Source of the DNA: a candidate division WOR-3 bacterium
Lineage (GTDB): Bacteria > Hydrothermota > Tepidihabitantia > Tepidihabitantales > Tepidihabitantaceae
Length of the DNA stretch: 64,000 bases
Direction of reading: 5' to 3'
Assembly (NCBI GenBank): GCA_965649295.1
Contig: CBFGKH010000008.1
Coordinates: forward strand, 77,000-140,999
Positions 37,189 to 47,011 of the stretch are shown here, piece by piece. Under the pieces are notes generated by a model. That model saw only the letters and a program-made list of their open reading frames with translations, was not told the DNA's origin and ran no database searches. The number at the start of each line of letters is the position of its first letter. Within the stretch, counting starts at the first letter, position 1. The translations under genes and the position numbers were made by a program.

Positions 37189-38538
37189 CTACCGAACGAC
37201 GCCTTTCCTCTTGAGCATTGCCGTGACCAGCTCCTCGAGGTCGGGCTTGGACTTCTCGTGCAGCCGGTAGCGCACGCGCACTATCGGCTTGGCGGAGCTG
37301 ATGATACGGCTGAGGTCAATCGGCGTCCCGGAGACGACGACGTCGCAGTCGGTCCGGTTAATCGTGGCTTCGAGCTCGCGCAGCTGCTGGCTAGAGTAGC
37401 CCATTGCCGGCAGCACATTTTCGAGGTGGGGAAACTCGACAAACGTCTTCGCCAGTGAGCCGACCGCATAGGGCCGCGGGTCCACGATCGCCTTGGCGCC
37501 GAACTGCTCGGCCGCAATCTTGCCAGCGCCATAGCCCATGCCGCCATGGGTGACAGTTGGGCCGTCTTCAACGACGAGCACCCGTTTACCCTTGATTGCT
37601 GCCGGGTCGGTAACGGTCAGCGGTGAATCGGCGTCAATGATGACGGCATTGGGGTTGGCCTTGCGGACGTTGCGGCGGACCTGCTCAATCGCTTCCGCCG
37701 TGGCCGAGTCCTCTTTGTTGATGATGACCGCATCGGCCAGCCGGAGATTGACCTCACCGGGGTGATAGAGCAGCTCGTGGCCGGCACGGAGCGGGTCGGC
37801 AATCACAGCAAGGAAGTCGGGCCGGAAGAAGGCGATTTCGTTGTTGCCGCCGTCCCAGACAATCACATCGGCCTCGGCCTCAGCATGCTTGAGGATTTCG
37901 GCGTAATCGCAGCCGGCATAGATTACCATGCCGTGCTCGATGTAGGGCTCGTATTCCTCACGTTCCTCGATTGTCACCTTGGCGCGGTCGAGGTCGTCGT
38001 AAGTTGCGAAGCGCTGCCAGACCTGCTGCTCGAGGTCGCCATAGGGCATCGGCTCGCGCACCGCCACTACCCGCAGGCCATGGTTCCGGATTATTTCATA
38101 GACGCGGCGCGAGGTTTGCGACTTGCCGCAGCCGGTGCGAACCGCACAGACCGCTGCTACCGGCTTGTGCGCCTGGAGCTGTACCCGGCGCGGCGAGATG
38201 AGCCGAAAGTCGGCGCCGGCAACCAGCACCCGCGAGGCCAGGTTCATCACATAGACATGAGCGACGTCAGAGTAGGCAAAGACGACCTGGTCAACTTTCA
38301 GTTCGGGGATGAGCCGGTCGAGGTCGTGCTCGTAGTAGGTGGGAATGCCGTTGGGGTAGAGCTTGCCGGCAAGGCTGGCAGGATAGGGTCGAAGTCCACC
38401 GGTCGTGCCCAGGTTCTGCTCGGCGGCCATCGTGAAGCCGACAACATCGTAGTCAGGATTGTCGCGGAAGCAGGTGTTGAAGACGTGGTAGTCCATGCCG
38501 ACCGCGCCGACAATGATGACCCGTTTCTTAGTAGCCAC
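37189..38538 (-). CDS. P-loop protein of the cyclic 2,3-diphosphoglycerate synthetase / arginine synthetase (ArcE)-like family
   Basis: AVRTGCGKSQ, PMPYGDL, TIEEREEYEP, WDGGNN, EDGPTVTHGGM, LPAMGYS. Confidence 0.8.
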   Translation of the reverse strand: MATKKRVIIVGAVGMDYHVFNTCFRDNPDYDVVGFTMAAEQNLGTTGGLRPYPASLAGKLYPNGIPTYYEHDLDRLIPELKVDQVVFAYSDVAHVYVMNLASRVLVAGADFRLISPRRVQLQAHKPVAAVCAVRTGCGKSQTSRRVYEIIRNHGLRVVAVREPMPYGDLEQQVWQRFATYDDLDRAKVTIEEREEYEPYIEHGMVIYAGCDYAEILKHAEAEADVIVWDGGNNEIAFFRPDFLAVIADPLRAGHELLYHPGEVNLRLADAVIINKEDSATAEAIEQVRRNVRKANPNAVIIDADSPLTVTDPAAIKGKRVLVVEDGPTVTHGGMGYGAGKIAAEQFGAKAIVDPRPYAVGSLAKTFVEFPHLENVLPAMGYSSQQLRELEATINRTDCDVVVSGTPIDLSRIISSAKPIVRVRYRLHEKSKPDLEELVTAMLKRKGVVR

Positions 38539-38574
38539 AGGTTCCTCCGCTCACAGGTCGGGTTCGACCCATTG

Positions 38575-40119
<1,545 letters not shown>

Positions 40120-40303
40120 GATGCCTCCTGCAATAAGTAGTAAAGGACACTTGGCTTATCGCAACGGCTATTATTGATCCGGGCTGTGCTGGCAAAAGCA
40201 CGCGCGGCCGCGGTTTCAGAGCGACCGCCGTTGCCGGGTACAAAACTCTGAAGCGACGACTTGCCGACAAGTCGTTGGGCCGTCTCTTCGGCCCCCTCAA
40301 GAC
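40120..40303 (-). promoter_or_regulatory. Structured 5' leader (candidate cis-regulatory RNA) of pruA operon
   Basis: Promoter TTGACT-16-TATGCT (40309-40336) followed by about 185 nt with several perfect stems. Confidence 0.5.
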
Positions 40304-40374
40304 CCGATAGCATAGCCAGCGGAGGGCCAAAGTCAAACCGGGCCAGGATGGTGGCTAGCGTTGGCAGGCAGGGG

Positions 40375-43326
40375 CTAGCGGAGGACCAGTTTGGCGGTCT
40401 GGCGAACCGGACCGGCCTGAAGCTGGCAGAAGTAGGTTCCAGGACTGACAGGCCGGCCAAGCCGGTCGCGCCGGTCCCATGTGATAGCATGGTGACCAGC
40501 CAGCCGTGTGCCGTGTGCAAGGACGCGCACCAGCCGACCAAGCGGGTCGTAAATCGTGATGGTTACTGGCCCGGACGCGAGCAGCTCGAACTGGACGGTC
40601 AGCTCGAGCCGGGCCGGGTTGGGGAATGTCATAAGCCGGCCCAGGCGCGGCCAGGACTTGCTGCCACTAGCAACACCGGCCAGCGGCTGATAGCTGTTCT
40701 CAACATAAGTGACCGTAGCGCCTGTCAGCAGGCTTGGGGTGCGCAACTGAATCCAGTAGTAATCGTTCGGGGCGGTAATCGCTACCGGCCCGGTTAGCGG
40801 CTGCCAGGGTTCCCAGCAAACAAGACTGATGTCGTCAAACCAGGCTCGACTGATGACCGCCGCGCTAGGTGCCTGACTGGCCAGCTCGACGTTGAAGAAA
40901 CCGGTGTCGGTTCCGAGAGCCAGGTCGCGATAGTAGAACTGCCAGTCGGTTGTACCAGTATCGGCACTGAGGGCGCTCGTAGCAATCGGTGTCGAGCCTG
41001 TGCGGGTAGCATAGAACTTTGCGGTCACGGTAGCGGCGGCAGTACTCTCGGTTCTAACCCAAGCGCAGATTGAGAACTGGGCCGCGTCGGCGCTGAATGT
41101 CGGCCGTTCCTCAAGCCCAGTCACAATCTTTGTGGTATCGTGGGTGCGGCGGTGGCCAAGCGAGCGGCTGCCACGGTGTGAGACCGTGTCATAGAACTCG
41201 TCCGGCTCACCCAGCGACCACATTGTCGCGCCCTCATCTTCGCAGTTGCCCCAGGGCAGCAGCTCGCGGCCAAGTCGGAACTGCCAGTTACCAGCGGGCG
41301 TAACCGACTCGATTCGGGCGATACTGCCAGCGCGTCTTAGCCGGGTTGGCCGCGACAGCGACCAACCGGCCGCGGTATCGAGTGGTAAGGTTGCAGTCAC
41401 GGTCACCGGTGCGGGAATGAGCCCGGCTGTGTCGAGGAGTAGCTTTCCGACCACACTTTCGGGTTGGGTAATGAGATAAGTGCCGAGGTCGCGTGAACGC
41501 CGGGCTAGGTCGTCGAGAATGTGCCGGCCGAGCTCGCCCGTGGCCCGGCGCGGGATATAGTCGTCAATATAGACCGGCACGACGCGATAGTCGTAGAAGC
41601 CGCGTCGGTCCCAATAGCCGGTGAGAATCGCTGACCGATAGGTCTCTGGATAGTCGAGGTCAAAGGCGAAGTTTCCGAGCGAGTGGGCAATCAGCTTGCC
41701 CTGATAGACCTCGAACCCCTGCAGGACGTGCGGGTGATGGCAGATGACCGCGTCGGCACCATACTCAATCAGCCGGTGCCGCTCAGCAGTATCGCCCGGG
41801 GCCAAAGGTCGCGGCCAGGGGCAGTACATCTCATCTTCACTGTCCAGTTCTCCGGGCGCGGGATTGTACTCCTCGCCGGTGTGCAACTCGCAGATGACAA
41901 TATCAGCTCGGTCGCGCACCAGTTCAATCTGCTCGCGCAGGTGGAAGCTGTCGAGATAGGCAAAACCCGGCTTGTTGTAGCCGGCGTCGAGATAGGGTTG
42001 ATAGTTGTCATACTGGCCGTTCCGGTCAGAGGCAGCAAGAAACGCGATGCTCTGGCCGCGTGCCTGCCAGAACAGGGGCAGATACGCCTCGTAGGAGTTC
42101 GCGCCAGCACCAGAATAGGCGATGCCGACCGAATCACACATCCGCTGGGTCTTGCGCATGCCGACCAGGCCATAGTCAATGATGTGGTTATTGGCGAGCG
42201 AAACGACATCAATGCCGGCATAGGCAAGGCCGGTGACATTGGTCGGCCGACCGCGAAAGACAATCGGCTTGGTCGGGTGGCGCGTGCCGGAGTCGGTCAG
42301 CGGCGATTCAAGGTTGGCAACGGTGATGTCGGCGCTATCAAGCCACGGTTTGATTGGCGCAAACACCCCTTCGGGACCGATCGAGTCAATGATGCCGCCC
42401 GGCTGGTCATAGCGTCGGGCCAGCATGATGTCGCCGACAAAGCTGATGGTGAGCGGAAAGGTCGTCGGCCCAGGGTCAACCTCGACTCGGCAGGTTGCCC
42501 GGCCGCGGCGGCCAGTACTGTCGGTTACCTCGAGCAGCACTGTGTAGGCGTGGTCGTCAAAGACCGTATAGGTGTGCACCGGTGCCGAGTCGGTGCTCGA
42601 ACTGCCATCACCAAAGAGCCAGCGATAGGAGTGCCAGGGGCTGTCAGGGTCGAGCACTCGCGAATGAAAGCGCACGGTCACAGCCCAGGCCGGGCCATGC
42701 TCTCCTTTGCCAGTTGCCTTTGCCCTGCTGGCAGCGGACTGCTCATACCATATCTCGACAACCGGTGCTATTGGCAGGTCAGCGGTGATGCACTCAATGT
42801 CGTCGTAATAGACAACGCCGCGCGCGCCCGCATCCCGGTCGCTCACAAAGACCAAGCTGGTGATTGTCGGCAGATAGCCGAACCGGCAGAGCCAGTCTTG
42901 GGCCACGGGCAACTGATAGTTGTTCCAGCGCCGGTAGGTGAATGCACCCTGATAGACCGGTACCCACGAATCTGGGTTTACCTCTTCATTGCCGGAGAGC
43001 GAGTAGAGCAGGGTGTTGGCCGAGTCAGCCAGTCCGAATCCCTGAATCTCGCAGACGCTGTTGACATAGGCCCAGACCTGCCAGACATCGCCGGAGTCGA
43101 GCCGCACCGGCGCGATTGACTCGGTCTTCCAGGTGTTACCAAAGAGCGCAAGCGAGTAATGGGAGCTATCGTGCGTCACCAGCGTATCAAGGATCCACGA
43201 ATCCGGCTCGGCGTCCTCGCCGGCAAACGAGCCGAGCGCCACCCGGCCCGACTCGAAATTCTCGATTATCACCCCTGGCCGGCCCACTGCCAGCACAATG
43301 AGCAGTAATAACAACATCTTCTTCAT
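40375..43326 (-). CDS. Secreted CapA-family metallophosphatase-fold protein with PKD and FlgD-Ig/T9SS-like C-terminal domain
   Basis: WLFGDG PKD; VGDIML, NLESPL, SLANNHIIDYG, HHPHVLQ, HSLGNF; C-terminal PNP...YDPLGRLVR...WD...GTYF. Confidence 0.85.
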   Translation of the reverse strand: MKKMLLLLLIVLAVGRPGVIIENFESGRVALGSFAGEDAEPDSWILDTLVTHDSSHYSLALFGNTWKTESIAPVRLDSGDVWQVWAYVNSVCEIQGFGLADSANTLLYSLSGNEEVNPDSWVPVYQGAFTYRRWNNYQLPVAQDWLCRFGYLPTITSLVFVSDRDAGARGVVYYDDIECITADLPIAPVVEIWYEQSAASRAKATGKGEHGPAWAVTVRFHSRVLDPDSPWHSYRWLFGDGSSSTDSAPVHTYTVFDDHAYTVLLEVTDSTGRRGRATCRVEVDPGPTTFPLTISFVGDIMLARRYDQPGGIIDSIGPEGVFAPIKPWLDSADITVANLESPLTDSGTRHPTKPIVFRGRPTNVTGLAYAGIDVVSLANNHIIDYGLVGMRKTQRMCDSVGIAYSGAGANSYEAYLPLFWQARGQSIAFLAASDRNGQYDNYQPYLDAGYNKPGFAYLDSFHLREQIELVRDRADIVICELHTGEEYNPAPGELDSEDEMYCPWPRPLAPGDTAERHRLIEYGADAVICHHPHVLQGFEVYQGKLIAHSLGNFAFDLDYPETYRSAILTGYWDRRGFYDYRVVPVYIDDYIPRRATGELGRHILDDLARRSRDLGTYLITQPESVVGKLLLDTAGLIPAPVTVTATLPLDTAAGWSLSRPTRLRRAGSIARIESVTPAGNWQFRLGRELLPWGNCEDEGATMWSLGEPDEFYDTVSHRGSRSLGHRRTHDTTKIVTGLEERPTFSADAAQFSICAWVRTESTAAATVTAKFYATRTGSTPIATSALSADTGTTDWQFYYRDLALGTDTGFFNVELASQAPSAAVISRAWFDDISLVCWEPWQPLTGPVAITAPNDYYWIQLRTPSLLTGATVTYVENSYQPLAGVASGSKSWPRLGRLMTFPNPARLELTVQFELLASGPVTITIYDPLGRLVRVLAHGTRLAGHHAITWDRRDRLGRPVSPGTYFCQLQAGPVRQTAKLVLR

Positions 43327-43393
43327 CGGCGCTGCTGGGCAAGGCTGGTAGCCAGTTGCCCACGTTCCATTCTCGGCCCACTGCCGAACTCTG

Positions 43394-43642
43394 TCAACGG
43401 CTGGTCGGGAAGCACTTGTTAGAACCTGGTGGGAAGCGCCAGCCGTGGCAGGTGGGAGATGACCAGCGGAAAGTAGCTTGCAGGCGGCACGAGAAAGGGA
43501 AGAAGCTGCTCAGTCGCAGGCGCTGGTTAGGAGAGTAGCAGCGGCAGGAGCAGAGACTTTGCCGCAAAGAACCTAAGGAGCGCAGTCGCCAAGACACTTG
43601 GGAGCTTTCTTGGGGGTACTTTAGGAGACCATCCCGGGGACG
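43394..43642 (-). repeat. Degenerate 12-bp-periodic tract 2
   Basis: About 21 12-mers with the same NGYY-biased pattern (RPRD GLLK ... SLRQ SLCS ... GSNK CFPT). Begins CGTCCCCGGGATGG, versus CGTCCCGGGGACGG in tract 1. Confidence 0.55.
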
Positions 43643-44174
43643 ATGGGGTGGGGGCGGGCAGAAATGCGATAGCCGATTGAAGAGCTTGGGGTTAGCTTGA
43701 CTGGCCGTACGCCGGGCCTGTGGCCTAAGTCTATACTTCGGCCAGCCTGGTCGAAGATGGCACTTTTCTGCTGGCTTCTACTTTCGCGCTCATTGCCGGG
43801 CGCTGGCGCGTATAACTAACTTAGAGCGTTGGCTCAGTCACATCGACGTGCTGCGTCGGACGCAGTCGGAGATATCGCGGCAAACCCGGGTAACCTCGAT
43901 TGGTTGCCGGGTCTCGCGGTCGGAACCGGATTCTCCTTACCGGCTGATGATGTCTCTGGTCCTGCAGCTGCCGATACCCAGTAGTGCTATGGGCCTGCCA
44001 AATCGCAGTCTCTCCCTCGCTTCTGCGTATCGGTCAGCCTGGCAATTCCACGTTCGCCGGTTTCTGACCGGTTGACACTGTTCGACACAGACATATAGTG
44101 TAGTCGTGAGCCACAGAAAACTGGCGTGGGGTGATTGTCCCATAGTGGCATCCCATTCAGCTCAGGAGGTCGTT

Positions 44175-45230
44175 ATGTTTCGGGTCATTGGCAGCAAGAA
44201 CCAAGTCGCTGCAGCGCTGCTCGTTACTGCGCTCGCAATGACGGTTGGGGAGGCATACTCGGCGCCAGCGCACAAGTCAGGGGTCCCGCTCAGCCACAGC
44301 GGGGGACCGGACTCGGCAGGATACCGTTGGATTGACTCCGACACAACTGGTGGGCCGCAGTTCGATTGGATTGACACCACTGGTTTTTACCGGGTGCCCT
44401 ATCTCGGAGATGAGGGACGAATCAATATCCCCACTTTCTTCGAGTACCCGTACTATGACAGCACCTACAACTATGTTTGCGTCTCGGCCAATGGCTGGCT
44501 ATCTGCGGGCTGGAACCCTGGGGGAGTTGGGGATTCACTACCAAGGCGTCTGCCCGACACGGGACTTCCGAATAACATCATCTGCCCCTACTGGGACAAT
44601 CTTGCCGGCGGGCCGGGGTTCGGCGGCGGGCGCCTTTACTACGGCTACGATTCGGCGACAGTACCGCGTGTGACGATCACGTGGCTGAATGTCAATCGCG
44701 TTGGCACGGACACGACCGACCTGTTGTCCTTCCAGGTCACCATCGGCGCGGACGGCACTATCGTTTTCCAGTATGCCGACGTGTCTACGGGAGATACATT
44801 GCACGACTTCGGGCGAACCGCCTCGGTTGGCATTGAGAACCGAGCCGGTACCGTCGGTTTGCAGTACTTGCGTGGCCACCCGGATTCGTCAGTCAACTGG
44901 CCCTGCAACCAGCTGCGCCCGGGTCGGGCAATAAGGTTCTGGAGAAGCCTCCCGGGGATAGCGGAGCTGTCTGGAGGATTCAGTGAGCGTGTCCTGTTGG
45001 AACTAGAACCGGCTGTCGCCAAGAACTCCTGTACCATCAGGTACGGCCAGCCCGACCGTGCCTGTGCAACACTAGAGGTGCACGACGTCTCGGGGCGGAA
45101 CATAATGCGTATGCGGGTGCTGGGCGGCGCACAGAGACGTCTGGAAGAGCTGCGACCGGGCCTCTACTACTGCACGCTATCGTCTGCTACCGGGGGACGG
45201 CAGGCGCGCAAGCTCATCGTGGTTGACTAG
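44175..45230 (+). CDS. Secreted protein with T9SS type-A-like C-terminal domain
   Basis: ATG after AGGAGG; GGPDSAGYRWIDSD, ICPYWDNL, SVGIEN; C-terminal LRPGLYY...RKLIVVD. Confidence 0.78.
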   Translation: MFRVIGSKNQVAAALLVTALAMTVGEAYSAPAHKSGVPLSHSGGPDSAGYRWIDSDTTGGPQFDWIDTTGFYRVPYLGDEGRINIPTFFEYPYYDSTYNYVCVSANGWLSAGWNPGGVGDSLPRRLPDTGLPNNIICPYWDNLAGGPGFGGGRLYYGYDSATVPRVTITWLNVNRVGTDTTDLLSFQVTIGADGTIVFQYADVSTGDTLHDFGRTASVGIENRAGTVGLQYLRGHPDSSVNWPCNQLRPGRAIRFWRSLPGIAELSGGFSERVLLELEPAVAKNSCTIRYGQPDRACATLEVHDVSGRNIMRMRVLGGAQRRLEELRPGLYYCTLSSATGGRQARKLIVVD

Positions 45231-45367
45231 ACCGATACTCTCCGGTCGAACCGCCACCGGACGATAACGGAAGTCATAGTCACGCCCAGACGCTAGCCCT
45301 TCACTGACCGCCCGGAATAGGCACGCCTTGCGTATGTGTCAACCGTCTCGCCCGGCCCGGTTCTAGC

Positions 45368-45937
45368 TCACCCGGTCGGGCAGGCGCCGCCGTGCTTTTG
45401 GTGATACTTCTGATGGTACTCCTCGGCCGGCCAGAAGTCGCTGGCTGGCACTATCTCGGTGACAATCGGCCGGCGGAACTGGCCTGATTTGGCAAGGCTA
45501 TCGCGCACGGCTGTGGCTATTGCCTGTTGCTCGGGTGAGAAATAGAAGATGGCGGAGCGATACTGGGAGCCGGTGTCTGGTCCCTGCCGATTGAGCGTGG
45601 TCGGGTCGTGGATGCGGAAGAAGTATTCAACCAGTTGGCGGTAGCTTACCTTGGCCGGATCAAACTCCACCAGCACTGCCTCGGCATGGCCGGTGGTATC
45701 GGTACAGACATCGCGATAGGTCGGGTTTGGAGTGTGGCCGCCGGTGTAGCCAACCGTGGTGCGGACAACGCCGCTAACTCGGTCAAAAGCAGCCTGAACG
45801 CCCCAGAAGCAGCCGGCTGCGAAAACTGCCTTTGTCGTTGGTGTCATTGTCTTATCCTCCGCCAGTCTCTGCGTTCGTGGCGAATAGCAGCCCGCCAGCA
45901 AGGAGAAGGCCAGCAGCGCTAGTGAGAATCTTGTCAT
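45368..45937 (-). CDS. msrA: Peptide-methionine (S)-S-oxide reductase with lipoprotein signal
   Basis: [38 protein letters not shown] lipobox. Confidence 0.93.
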   Translation of the reverse strand: MTRFSLALLAFSLLAGCYSPRTQRLAEDKTMTPTTKAVFAAGCFWGVQAAFDRVSGVVRTTVGYTGGHTPNPTYRDVCTDTTGHAEAVLVEFDPAKVSYRQLVEYFFRIHDPTTLNRQGPDTGSQYRSAIFYFSPEQQAIATAVRDSLAKSGQFRRPIVTEIVPASDFWPAEEYHQKYHQKHGGACPTG

Positions 45938-45982
45938 AGTTATTGGACGCGGTGATGGTGCGGACCGGAGCAACCAGCCGAA

Positions 45983-46897
45983 CTAGACCGAAAGCTGGAC
46001 TAGCAACTCCTTCGCCTTGGCGATGGCCGACAGTTCTTTGGCCTTGAGCGTAAGGGCCAGTGCCTGTTTCTCGGTTGCGGCCAGGTCGCGGGCGGCCAGT
46101 CTTTCGAGGCCGGCAGCGATGTCGCCATACGCGGCAGCCAGACTCTTTGCCGGGCTAGCGTAGCGGGGCAGTTTTGCCGCAATCTCGGTGAAGTAGCTGG
46201 CAGCCATGCGGCGGCACTCAGACCAGACCATGCCGTTCCACCAGTTGCCGTGGGAGTCGCCGTGCTGGGCAGCAGCGGCTGCCCAGTTGTCGTAGGCATC
46301 AGGGCCAATGCCATAGCCTTGTTTGGCGTAGCGGTGTGGTTCTTCAAACAGGCTGACAGCGTAGCTGAGGCTGGCCCGGACGACGACGCTGGTGCTTGTT
46401 GGCTGGGAGCGGCGGAAGGTGAAGAAGTTGGCGTGTAACTCGCGCCCGAACTCGCGCCACGAGCCGTAGCTCAATCGCGAAGGAGTTAGTTCGGGTGCGC
46501 AGTCCCAGGGCCGGCAGAGGAGAAACGCCTGCTCGTCGTAGCCGTAGATGAGCTGGTTCTCCATGTTGACGACCGAACAGGCCTGGCCGGAGTCGAGCAG
46601 ACCGCGCAGTTCCTTCTCTAGGGCGGTTCGTTCTTCGGGCAGGCTGCCTTTGTGAAAGAAGCCAAGGTCAATCATTTCGAGGCCGAGGTTGCGCAGGAGT
46701 TGACAGAACCCGTCGTACTTCCAGCAATAGGGACTGCTCGGGCAAAGCTCTTTGTGGATGTTGATGAGGAAGGCATGGCCGGTGCCACCAAAGGCCCAGG
46801 CCGGGCTGGCGACGATCCCGTAGTAGTCAAGCGCTCCTTTGACGACGCCAAGGAGCGTGGTATTGAACGGCGGCTGCTTCAGACCTTCGAGCTCCAT
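45983..46897 (-). CDS. Conserved hypothetical protein
   Basis: 304-aa ORF with GGAGG RBS and protein-like composition; family not confidently recognised. Confidence 0.65.
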   Translation of the reverse strand: MELEGLKQPPFNTTLLGVVKGALDYYGIVASPAWAFGGTGHAFLINIHKELCPSSPYCWKYDGFCQLLRNLGLEMIDLGFFHKGSLPEERTALEKELRGLLDSGQACSVVNMENQLIYGYDEQAFLLCRPWDCAPELTPSRLSYGSWREFGRELHANFFTFRRSQPTSTSVVVRASLSYAVSLFEEPHRYAKQGYGIGPDAYDNWAAAAAQHGDSHGNWWNGMVWSECRRMAASYFTEIAAKLPRYASPAKSLAAAYGDIAAGLERLAARDLAATEKQALALTLKAKELSAIAKAKELLVQLSV

Positions 46898-47011
46898 TTT
46901 TGCCTCCGGGGATGGGTTGGCGACATAAGAGCATCGGTCGCCAGCCGCCGGCTGTCAAGAGGGCGGCTGGTGGGTGACGGTTTGCGCTGCTAGCCCGGTG
47001 ACCGGGCAGCG

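Noticed and set aside
41683..43119. 478-aa plus-strand ORF
   Set aside because: Antisense shadow of the CapA-family gene, common in GC-rich DNA.
43758..43772. Second sigma54 promoter TGGCACTTTTCTGCT
   Set aside because: GG-to-GC spacing is 9, not the strict 10.
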